A stretch of DNA of 45,362 nt, the filler included, from Catajapyx aquilonaris (Eukaryota), in NCBI GenBank assembly GCA_000934665.2. It is 2 parts of 2 records of this genome, joined end to end, with 100 filler letters (N's around TTAATTAATTAA, not from the genome) between each part and the next. Parts side by side here need not be neighbours in the genome. Positions count along the whole stretch, not along the records: positions 22,735 to 45,362 come from JYFJ02005838.1; 1 more part is not named here. The stretch is one strand, 5' to 3'. Every line of letters starts with the position of its first letter. Within the stretch, counting starts at the first letter, position 1. Below the pieces are notes generated by a model. That model saw only the letters and a program-made list of their open reading frames with translations. It had not been told where the DNA came from and searched no databases. Positions 23,528 to 35,400 of the stretch are shown here, one piece after another. The translations under genes and the position numbers were made by a program.

Positions 23528-25334
23528 CAGGGTGATCCAACTTTATGGCACCAGTAGTTATTGAAAAAATCGCGCAAGCTGCTTGTTTATAAGCAGGTCG
23601 TTGCTAAGAGATGCTTTCTGGCTCTTTCTGGAGAATCGGGAATAGCACCTGCTGATATTAGGTCTAATGCCCATGTAACAAAATTAATGAGGGAAAAAAG
23701 GGTCATCCGTGGGAAACAGGCCTGTTCTGGTGTTCGCTAGAGGGTTTCACATGAGGTAACTAGCTGCCAAACCACAGGCCTAATCCGTCGAAACTGGACA
23801 GACCCGGGTGTGTCAATAAATAGGCCTTCTGGTCAGTTCATTGTTGGCCGCAGTTGGCGCAACTGAGACAGGTCAACAGGCAGCGTTGTTTAGTTACCAG
23901 TCTTAGCACCTGCTGATATTAGGTCCAATGCCCATGCATGTACCAATTAATGAGAGAATGCCCAATGCAGACTGTACTGTTAGAACCCTAGAAGCCCTTG
24001 GGCGGCCCTCAAACAGGCCCCCTGAGTAAGGCATGTCCTGGTCCTGACTCTACAAGAACTATTTATTTACTGGTAACTAAACAACGCTGCCTGTTGACCT
24101 GTCTCACAAGGGAAGGTCACGGGTTGATAATGACGGATCTTGATGAAATTGATCATGCTAATACAGGACAATATATGATACCCAAAAATGAAATATCTCG
24201 TGCGGAACCCCATATTTGCAGAAGTTATGACGTCTGAAAGTTCCAAAAAATAATACATTTTCATACCATACTCCATGGGATGACATTAGCGATCACATAT
24301 AATGACATTGAAGTGTGTAATCTGTTTCTAGACCTTTTCTCATCGGAAAAAAGTCATGCGGAACGGCTCTGGCCGTCCGTCTGTGGACAGGTATCAAGGC
24401 CTAAACCGTAAGAGATAGCGACAAACGGTTTTCATATTCGGATTGAGCGTGACCAAAATAGGCTTCATGGTCAACTTCTGGTGACCCGCCACTTCCGGTC
24501 TTCCGGGTTCACTCTATCCGCACAAGTCTACTTTACGGGCGGGTTATCGTTGGATTTCGAAGTTATTTTCCGTGTATGCCTGACCGTGTTTTTCGGGGAT
24601 TTACTCCGGGTTTTACCTGACTCTCTGGCACAGGGGCTGTGAAATTTATTCCTGACGTTGGACATGTTTGCAATGAGAGTCATCGGCCGCCATGATGTTA
24701 TCGCCCAAGCCGATACTGGAGTCTATATGTTGCCTAGGTTTCGATATATCAATGCATATGCTCCCTGAAAGAATGAGAAAAGGTCTAGAAACTGATTACA
24801 CACTTCAATGTCATTATATGTGGTCGCTAACGTAATCCCATGGAGTATGAAAATGTATTATTTCTGGAACTTTAAGACGTCATAACTTTTGCAAATATGG
24901 GGTTCCGCACGAAATATTTCATTTTTGGGTATGATATATTGTCCTGTATTAGCATGATCAATTTCATCAAGATCCGTCATTATCACCCCGTGACCTTCCC
25001 TTGCGCCAACTGCGGCCAACAATGAACAGACCAGAAGGCCTATTTATTGACACACCCGGGTCTGTCCAGTTCCGACTGATTAGGCCTGTGGTTTGGCAGC
25101 TAGTTACCTCATGTGAAACCCTCCAGCGAACACCAGAACAGGCCTGTTTCCCACGGATGACTCTTTTTTCCCCTCATTAATTGTTACATGGGCATTGGAC
25201 CTAATATCAGCCGGTGCTATTCCCGATTCTCCAGAAAGAGCCAGAAAGCATCTCTTAGCAACGACCTGCTTATCAACAAGCAGCTTGCGCGATTTTTCCA
25301 ATAACTACTGGTGCCATAAAGTTGGATCACCCTG
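23528..25334. mobile_element. Large Tc1/mariner-type foldback element
   Basis: TA-CAGGGTGATCCAACTTTATGGCACC / GGTGCCATAAAGTTGGATCACCCTG-TA; arms 23528-23862 plus 24107-24345 mirror 24773-25334; extra 38-bp IR at 23864-24108. Confidence 0.85.
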
Positions 25335-25413
25335 TATAAGGAGAACTGAAAACTGCAGGTAGCCTTGATATCATAGTCAAGTTACCAGGCACATAAAATG
25401 GCAAAGACCTATA

Positions 25414-26069
25414 CAGGGTGTAACAAGACCCCATGCATAAATTTTAAAGGTGGGTAGGGGACCCCAAAACAAACATTTTTGACCAATGAACCCACCCTCT
25501 AAAAAAATTACCCACCCTCTAAAAAATCATCAAATTTACTGAAATCGATAACTTGTTAGTACCTGTGGTACAGTAACAGTTATGTGGTTTGCTGCTACTC
25601 TATGGTAGCGTTGTCATGGTAGTGTTGACAAGTAATTGTCTGGTACAACACAACAAGTAAAAGTCTGGAAAATAAACAATTCAGTGTTGTTCCAATCAAC
25701 TCGGGAATCTCTTGTGCGTCGTTGTAGGCTGTGTGTACAAGTGGCTGGACGACACTTTTAGCAGCTCCTTTGATTACAGTTTTGTGTTGGGTGCAATAAA
25801 GGTGGTGGTGAGTTTCATGCCAGCTTTCATTGATTTGTGGTGGTGATGACTTTTTACAGTACTGTACTGAATTGTCAACACTATACCATGACAACGCTCC
25901 TGTTGAGTAGCAGCAACCACATAACTGTTACTACAGGTACTAACGACCAGTTAGCAATTTCAGTAAATTTGCTGATTTTTTTAGAGGGTGGGTTCATTGG
26001 TCAAAAATGTTTGTTTTGGGGTCCCCTACCCACCTTTAAAATTTCTGCATTGGGTCTTGTTACACCCTG
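25414..26069. mobile_element. Tc1/mariner-type MITE family X, copy 1 (656 bp)
   Basis: TA-CAGGGTGTAACAAGACCC...GGGTCTTGTTACACCCTG-TA, ~210 bp TIR; near-identical to 39525-40178. Confidence 0.9.
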
Positions 26070-26212
26070 TATAGAAACTGCACCGGTGAAGCTTAGCTGC
26101 TAAGCATAACAAATATAAGTACATAATTTGTAATGGCAAGTCTATAAAAAGTCTTCAAAGCAGGATGTAATTTGCTTACAAGGCCAATGCCTAAGGACTG
26201 ACCACACTCCCA

Positions 26213-26416
26213 TCATATGCCAGACATGCTCTCATCATCACAAAATTTAATTTCAGGATGGTACTGGCTGTAATAATCTAGCTGCTTAGTGATCTCATCA
26301 CTATCACTGGACATGCTTTCAACGTCAAAATGCTCCTCCTCATCTTCTAGGTCGTCAATGTCTTCATCTTGAATCTCTCCGGCTTCTTCTTTCTGACGTT
26401 TGACACGTTCTGACCA
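26213..26416 (-). CDS. Last coding exon of the ANK gene: acidic tail
   Basis: Acceptor ATTTTACAG|TGG; WSERVKRQKEEAGEIQDEDIDDLEDEEEHF...ESMSGI*. Confidence 0.65.
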   Translation of the reverse strand, partial: WSERVKRQKEEAGEIQDEDIDDLEDEEEHFDVESMSSDSDEITKQLDYYSQYHPEIKFCDDESMSGI

Positions 26417-29400
26417 CTGTAAAATGTAATGCAAAAGCTATTAATAATTGTAATTGGCAATCTACAACAATCTACATTATTCTGCATGCCTAAACAAATA
26501 ATGTCCTTACAATCATTCCTTCATTTCACTCACGGGACATTCCCAAATCCTTACCTTTTTCGGGGTTTTTTAGAACCTAAAAGTCCGTTCTTTACTTATG
26601 TATAATACTCGTATAATGCACACTACGGCATTTATTAAGGAACTATTCACAAAAATGCACAATTAGCACACCCGAAAATTAGGCAAGACCAAAATAATCC
26701 AGAATTTTCTTCTATCGTCTCCTTGTTGCCAAATATACCCGAAAAAGTATGATTTTGAGTAACTTAGATAAGTGACAGATGCGAAAATCACCCCCCTCCA
26801 ATATTCTCTGCCTTCCTGCCCATCCGAAAGGATGTTGAATAATTAAACAAGATTAGCAAATCATGTGAGTGTGATTAAAGTAGACTTCTTATGTTTACAG
26901 CTATTGTCCCCAACGTCCATCACAGGACTGGGACTGAAACTGAAACCACCCACAACTCATTTTTGGCCAAAAGAGGACTTACCCTTTTCCCCCTCCCTCC
27001 TCATACCCCCACCTCCTCCTACCCCCAGACCACCCCTTTCCCCTTCAAAAAATATATTCTAGCAAACCCATATTTTAGACCTTTTCTCATCCATCGAAAA
27101 AAGTCTTTTATGGCTGTCCGTCTGTCGACAGATATCAAGTATGAGGGGATAGGAGGAGGGAGGAGGGAAATGGTGATCTGGGGGAGAGGGCAGTGGGGGG
27201 ACTGGGAGGTAAGGGGGAAAGGGACGGTCTGGGGAAAATGGGCAGACAGGGGGTGGTGGGGGAAAGGGGGGGGGGGTGCAGCAGGGGGAAGGGGCGGATA
27301 GAGTGAACACGGAACCCGAAAATCGAAAAAAAGTCTTACAGCATTGCTCTGTCTGTCTGTCTGATTCCTGTCCACAGACAGACAGACAGCAGAGCCGTTC
27401 TATAAGACTTTTTACTCTCGAAACCCCACCGAGGAGCCAAAAAATGGTGGTATAGCCAAGGTGGGGTGAAAATGAGTATGTTATATCAGGAGTAAAAATA
27501 AACAGGGTCTTATGGAAGTATGCCGGGACCGGCCTTTCAAGTCTTGTTATAACCAAAAGTCCGTTATAACCGAGGCTGTTATATCCGGAGAGTTGGTTTG
27601 GTTTATTAAGAAGAAGCTAAAGCAACTATAGCTATATGGCTATAAGAAGAAGCAAAGGTGGGACAGATGGAGAGGGAAACGAAGAGAGTCAACTGTATCT
27701 CAGTAGTTTCTCCTAGAGTGGACCTGGACCACTCTACCCTCGAGGTCTTCATTTTTTCCTAAGATCTCTCTATTGACATCTTTCCATGGTTTTGCAACAG
27801 CCCCTAAGTCAATGCTTTACGACTGTAAAAAACATTTCAGACTGTATGTTTAATAATTATGGGTGAAATTTTTGCCCTAATGCTAATAAATTTCTGCTAG
27901 AAGGTTGCTACTGCTAATCAGAATTCTTTCATTTAAGTTTTTTCATTGGTTACCATGGTTATCAGTTGCTGACATTTATTTAGCAGTAACTAGCAGTAGG
28001 AGGGAGTGCACGGTGGTCTAGTGGCTTACTGGCCAGCCAAGTGGAGGTCCAGGATTCAAATCCTGTCCCCATCACCCTTGCTTTGTTAAGTCTTTTTCCG
28101 CTTCTTCACCCTTCACAGATTGAAGCGAGAGGGATGCCTTGAACGCAAAACCCACAGAACTCCCAAAAATCTAACAGAATAATGGCATCAAAAAGGTGTA
28201 AATAGGTGCAAATAGGCACTAATAGGCCATTTAGGTTCCAACGCGTGAAATTGGCAATTTTAAGTTTCATAAAACTATGATTGTTGAGGCACTTGTGTTA
28301 TACTGCAAATATTTTGGTTCCGGTGTTCTACCTAGAGAATAAAAAGTAGGTAAAAATCTAGAAATCAATTCTTTACTAATGGCTTTCACCAATGAATGTG
28401 CAACTTAGTGTACAGCCGCGATCATAAAGATAATATATTATGGATGGAAGTACTCCCCTTGCTATTAGAGAAGCAGCAAGTATCATCATTACATAATCAA
28501 CATTGGTGTTCTCGGCATGTCCTAGACTTAGACTAGTAGTCCTACCCTGGTTCCGTTATTGAGGGGGGGGGGGGGGGGNAGAAGTCAAGCAATAAGCCCC
28601 CAAGCAGAGGAAGAACTCTGGTATATCATCTACATATTTCTGCTCACGTCTGTACTATACATAGTTTTCAATCCAATTGGTGGTGATCACCTTTGTGCAA
28701 TATTCGGAAAGTCTATTGTTTATCCGCACCTAGCGATGTGGCGGGCTTGGGAGGGCGTGGTGGGCTCCAAACATGTTGGCTACGGGTCGCAAACAACCGG
28801 TTGCCGGAAGAGCACAACAAAGGGCGCCTTCTTACCCAATGCCACGCGAACCGATCAGACGAGTGCTAGGACCACAGTATTAATGAAAGAGGTGGGAAAT
28901 ATGAAAGCCATGATGGTTGCTGCAGTCCTTTAACCCAAAGAACAACATGATGTCACACCAGCTGTGTTTTCTGAGCGTGTGCAGTAGTATGCCTGCAGAG
29001 TGAGTCATGGGCATGATTGGAGGGGAGAGCCGGGTGGAGGCGGGCGGATCGTGACGTCATGTCGTTCGTTGGTTTAACAGACTGTGTGAAGGTGTATTTC
29101 ACGCTTGGCAAAGCCACAATAGCATTTGTTGGCCTGCTGCGCACAATGAGGACCGCATTGTATGCATATACAAACCCACAATAAGTGCCCAGCTCCACTT
29201 TCGCTCCGCAGGGCCACAACCATGTACAGTACTGTTGCAGTAACAAAAAGCCATACAGCAACACCAAGACAAAGGGCTATTCCATCCACTTAATCACCTC
29301 ATAATCCCGAATTGAATCCCCAAAAGCCCGAAAAGAAGAATAAAGCACAGTTCCATATTGTAACCGTGCAGCAGTATCAATAGGCACCCGATTGTTTGCA

Positions 29401-32400
29401 ACGCAACGTTGCCAACCATCGGGAGGCCCCCCGCCCGCCCAACCCCGACCGTGTTGTTAAGGTGCGGATAAACAATAGTTTATCCCAATATTCTTACCTG
29501 TCGCAGATACCGACAGATGTCTGGATTTTGTGCCATGTCAAGAGGGGTCATTCCTCGACTGTCTTTTGCCAGGGGGTCAGCTCTCTCATGAAGAAGGTAA
29601 ATGACTACCTTGAGTCTGCCTCCATAAGCAGCAAAGTGAAGGGGTGTTTCACCCCACTCTCCAGTGATGTTGACAGTAGCACCAGAACGCAGGAGGAGCT
29701 TCACGATCTCCAAGTGGCCCTCTACTGATGCTATGTGCAATGCTGTGTATCCATCCTGGTTCTTCAAGTCCAGATTTGCTCCCCATCCAAGCAAGTCTGC
29801 ACACAATGAGATGTATCCCTTTAGAGATGCACAATGGAGAGCTGTCTGGCCATCCACACTCATCTGGTCCACTGGCCAGCCAGTGCTCAGCAAGAAGGTC
29901 ACCATCTTCGAATACCCATGCTTTGCTGCAATAATTAGGGCAGTGTCTCCAGAATGGTCTTTTTCCATCAGAAGCCATCTAATCCCTCTTCTCTGCACAA
30001 GTTCTTCCACCCTTTCCAAGCAGCCTTTCTCACAGTCGCTCAGGAAAGTCTCTGTACTTGCCTGCTCAAATGGATGTGAACAAAAAATCATAAAAATTAC
30101 GCTATGCCTTATGGTTTCTCTACAATGTGCATTAATCATTGTTCATCTAACAAAAGGGCGAATTCAATGTTTACTTAATATTAGAGAACAAGAGCCAAAA
30201 TAAACCTGCAAATCGCCATGCAAAAAAGGAGGATCACATTTTGATTTCCCACTCCAACTCCAGGGGACGAAATAATCAAATGCAAAGGTGCAATTTGCAA
30301 TGCAAAATTGTTATTTGTACTCCAGCTTTTTCTTGTGGTGCACAGCCTTTATGGTCAGGTCTCTGTAACTCACAACCAAACTAACTATTTTTACCCTCCA
30401 AAATTTCGAAATTTATGGGATTTTCACCTCTGCTGCTAATTTTCACGTCAAAATACAAGGCAAAAGGTGATATACCAAAGCCACAACACTAGCAGCTTGT
30501 CGCGGGTCGCAGGTCCCCGGTCGCTGCAACTGTAGCTCGCTCCAGAGTGGTGCGAAACGAATAGAATAACCCCTCACATGCTTCGAAATCAATTTTATGT
30601 AGCAATTTATGATTCAAGTGTAATCAATCATTTACATATCACTGATATCAGTCACAGCGACCTACGACTGGCCAGCCGGGACAAGCGACCGGATGCACTG
30701 GTGTTGTGGCTTCGGAATATCGCCTTTTGGCTTGTATTTTGACACTGCTAATGTGAAAATTAGCAGCAGAGGTGATGTTTGCACAACACTATAGGCCAAG
30801 CAGAATTAGAAAATGCAAAAACTTTCATAATTTAGGAGGGTAACAAGAGTTAGTTTGGTTGTCAGACAAAAAAAAACTCCAATTTGTTCTGCATTTTACC
30901 ATGGCTGAACCCAGTAATTAAAGATTAATCACTTGAAGTAAGTAACTCTAGATGAAAGTCTGGAGTGCAACTTTTACATGTGCAGCAAAAATTTATGATT
31001 CAACACCTGCAACGCTGACCTCGTTTGCCCATGAGTTCGCCGTTTTGTCAGCATGCAACGCAACACTGATGTTGCTGGCATGTGCTGTAGATGAAATGTG
31101 CCTAATGTGGAATACTTGCCTAATGTAGAATACCGGCTTATTTAAAAAAACTATACTGCACATCACCTGTCGACGCTTTGACAAAATATAGTTCTACAGG
31201 GTGTCCCACAAATTACGCTACCCAGAATTACATTAATAACTGTAACACAAATAAAGATATTGCAACGGAATTTGAACTCAAGCAATCTCAACACGTGAGA
31301 AAGGAATTGGAATGGGTCTGTCAAATGTGGGTGCTGTAATACTGACGCTGGAGCGACGAATTGGCCAGACGACACCTGAGCAGTGCGTGGCTGGATTTGA
31401 CTTTCGACTGGATATTTTCAACAGGATGGGGCGACATGCCCCACATCACATGTCAGCATGGCCGAAATAAAGTCCTCCTTCGGCGACCAAGTCATTTCGA
31501 AGGGACTGTGGCCAGGGAGCTGTGGCCCCTGCGGTCGCCTGATCTTACGCCACCTGATTACTTCTTATGGGGCTTTCTGAAAGGAAGAGTGTACCGCAAC
31601 AATCCACGGTCCAACCAGGCCTTGAAGGACAACATCGTCCAGGAAATTCAGGCAGTACCGCAGGATATGCTGACCAAAACATTCCAAAATAATATGTCGC
31701 GCCGTGTTGACACCTGCCTGGCTGCTAATGGTGGCCATTTCTAACACATGTTGTGATGCCATTTCAAATCACACATGACAAGGTTAGTTCAGTTCAAATT
31801 TCGTTGCAATATCTTCATTTGTGTTGAGGTTAATTCCATAACTTCAACACAAATGAAGATATTTCCAGAATTATTCTGGGTATCATAATTTGTGGGACAC
31901 CCTGTATTTATAGAGCAACACTAGCGACGGTGTAGAGAAACGGTCAATCACTTAACATTTCTAGCAAAACAGATTAATCACTTTTGCCGACCACATGCAA
32001 AAAGTTTTTGATCGAAGATATCAACGTCTATTGCTGTCTTCGTATTACACAGCGCAAAATTGTTATCAAGACCGTCACCAGCAAGGTCTGCAGAATCGGT
32101 GCAGGTAAAAATTATAACTAAGTATTTCAATATTATTATGCAATGGAAAAATTGATCACAATAATTATAATGACATGCATTGTATGCCTAATGTGGAATA
32201 CATGGACTTGCCTAATGTGGAATACTATTCCACACAAGGAACACAACTTATTGAAAGTCAGTGTCACAGAATGCAATTTATCACATAATACTCTCATCAA
32301 AATGCCACTGACTAAATGGGTGAAAGAGAGGCAGTAGAACCCTGACCAGATGTCTAAAGCCATAATTGCTGCTGTATGCAAGAAGATGGGATACGAGGGA

Positions 32401-35400
32401 TTATCAGTAATGTACAGGGAGGCGAAGTGGCGCTGCCGCTGCGGCAACGTATGTGCCCACGGATGTTAAGGTCCCGGGTTCGATCCCAGCCCGGGGACAC
32501 CCCCTTCATCTCGTGCAGAGTTCAGGGTCACCTCTGGCTTCGTCTCGGGTGGTATTTACTATAGACTAAACCACCTGGGGGAGTTCACTAAAAATGGCCA
32601 CATAATGACATTGCACTGTACCTTGCACATCCCCTCCTGTCATCCTGCCCATGGGCCCAGGCGTTACGTATAAAGGCTCCAATGTACAAGACATAATAAA
32701 AATAAATGTCCGTGCTATATACCTCGGATAGGTCAGCACTACCCCGGATTATTATTATTATTATCATCATCATCATCATCATCATCAGTAATGTATGTAG
32801 TGCCTGGCACAATTCTGTCTCACTTACTAAACAATGAAGGTGATATGAGTGCTGAAACAGCAAAAAGAATACCCCTTACACCCAATATGTATGTGATTTC
32901 TGTCAATACAGGAGGTATTCCACATTAGGAACACTTTTTTGAGGGGTCATTTTCGTAAGGTTTCAGAAAAATGTGTTTATGAAAAAAACTATGCAACTGA
33001 TGGTAATTTTCTTTCGGGATCTAAGTTTTTCCAATCAAATTGTAAGTTTTAGACAGTTTCATTTATTTTTGCAATCTGTAGAAGCTGAAACATATAATGG
33101 TATTCCACAGTAGGCACATCTCCTCTAATCCTAACTGAGCAAAAATTTTGAATTTGGCCATTTGTCAGATTAATGACGTAATCTTTCGCAAGTGACTTCA
33201 TTATTCAAAATTACCTGCTGGTAATGTTCCACTCCTCATTTTAACAATTCCTTATACAATATGAAGCTCCATTAAGCACCAAACATCATCAAGAAACTTC
33301 CAGAAAAACAATTCTCTTGAAAATCCACATCTTAAAATTGAAGTGTTCACTGCCATGGCACTCCCTTTCCAAGGTTTCGATCACCATGACTAGACCTGAC
33401 AATTTAATAGATATTTGATTGTAATCTGCCTCAACAGTAATGGACATTGCAACAAAGAATGAAAGAGGATTCCTTGTGCCACTTCTACCTGAACACTGCC
33501 CCCAATAAAAATGCCTGTAGTGAACATTTTTTCTACTTCAACGCAAGACAAAGAACCAAACATGAGAAATAAACAAACTAAAAATTTCCTATTGTGCATG
33601 AACAGACCTGCACACATACGAGAAAGTGCAAGTCAAAAGTGGCTATCTTTGCCGAATTTCATTACATGAGAAAACACCACTTTTCTGTTACGATTTGTGT
33701 ACTTGCAAATGGGATTCCCATATTTCTTCCTCTTATATCTTTTGTCACAGTAACAATTGTTATGGTGCCAAAAAATATATAGCTCATTGCGACATGGGTC
33801 TTTGTCTCACTAGGTCCACCTTTACTTAAAGATTTTAATGGCAGTGCCAGCTCAAAAACAACAACAAAAAAAGACTAAAAGAAGATAGCCACTTTTGACT
33901 TCCACCTCCTCATATAATGCCTCCTCTCTGACCTTGAGGAGAAGAGAATGCATCTCTTCATCTTGTGCCAGATCAAGAGGAATGTTTCCTCTTCTGTCCT
34001 CAATCAGAGGATCGCTTCCCTCTACCAATAGGTGACAAGCCACTCTCAGCTCGTTATAACAGGCTGCAAAATGCAGAGCTGTCCGGTCACTCTCGCCGCG
34101 GATGTCCACATGTGCTCCTGACTTCAGGAGGCGTTTCACCACATCCAAATCCCCTGCCTTCACAGCAAGGTGTATGGCAACATTCCCAACTCGGTTCTTG
34201 ATGTTGACATCAGCTCCACATTCAATCAGGGCAATGCAGGATGCCAAATCGCCTCGTTCAGCACTACAGTGAAGAGCTGTCTGGCCTTCCCAACTTGTTT
34301 GGTTTGCTGGCCATCCAGAACCTACAAGGCAAGCAACTACACTTGGCCACTTCCCTTTGGCTGCCACAATGAGTCCACTGTCTCCTGATTTGTCCGTTTC
34401 TGCAACCAACGTATTGATCCCTCCAGCACGCTGCACGAGGTTCATTACTCGATCATGTCTGCCAAGTTTGCAGTATTTCAGAAAACGCCTTCCATCCACC
34501 TGTGCAAACATATATTTCAGTCATAAGAAGAGGCAGGTCTGCATGTGAAATTGTAAGATCCCTAGCTTACAGTGTATCACCATTTTCTGCAAATGAGATT
34601 CCCCAATCTTGTTCAGCCATGCTTACAAAGTTCTCGAAGGTTTGCATGAAGGTCTAAGCAGGAAGTGTTATGCACTACCTCAAAAATACATTACCATGCT
34701 TACACACGATAATGCAGCCAAGTTATAATGAAGCTGCATGGTCTTTGGTGCAAAGAGACAAATGCTACCTTATACGAGAACAAATCAAAAAGTAACTAAC
34801 AACTTTTTAAATCCTGAAGCTTCACTACAGGAACTCACACTGACATACACGCATGAAAGGGCAAGTCTGTCTCTAAGTTTCAAAGTAGTCACCAAAAGCA
34901 TTGATGCACTATCCCAATGGGATACTAATTGTTCCATGCAACTGCAGAAAAAGCATCAGGTTGGCTGCGAAGCCAGTGATGAATTTCACTCGACTCGTCG
35001 CTGAAGTGTTGACCTGCCAGGTGCTTCTTCATTGGTCCAAAGAGATTGTAATTTTCATTTGGGTTCAATTCAGGGACATCCTCAGGCCTGAATCTTCCGT
35101 CACAGTATGCGCTACAAGAGGACAAGGTAGGCCCTATGCCATAGAGAGGAACAACATCAGTCATGTTCATTTATGGCGAATTGTTGCACTGAAGTGAGCC
35201 CAGGTGCCAGATGCTTTGACTGAGTAATAAGGACTGACCTGACCAATGCTGCAGACTTGAATATTTTCAAAGGAGGGGAATCTGCATGCTTTCACACTGT
35301 ACTGCTGCAGCACCTACCTTACAACCCTGACTTGGCCCCAAGTGATAATCACCATCTCTTAGGACCAATGAAGAAGCCTGGTCGGTCAAGACTTCAGCGA

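Noticed and set aside
26891..27556. Gly- and Pro-rich ORFs
   Set aside because: Product of low-complexity G/C tracts.
31085..33120. Repeated GCCTAATGTGGAATAC motif as a CRISPR-like or regulatory array
   Set aside because: Six irregularly spaced copies in both orientations; more likely subterminal repeats of decayed DNA transposons.
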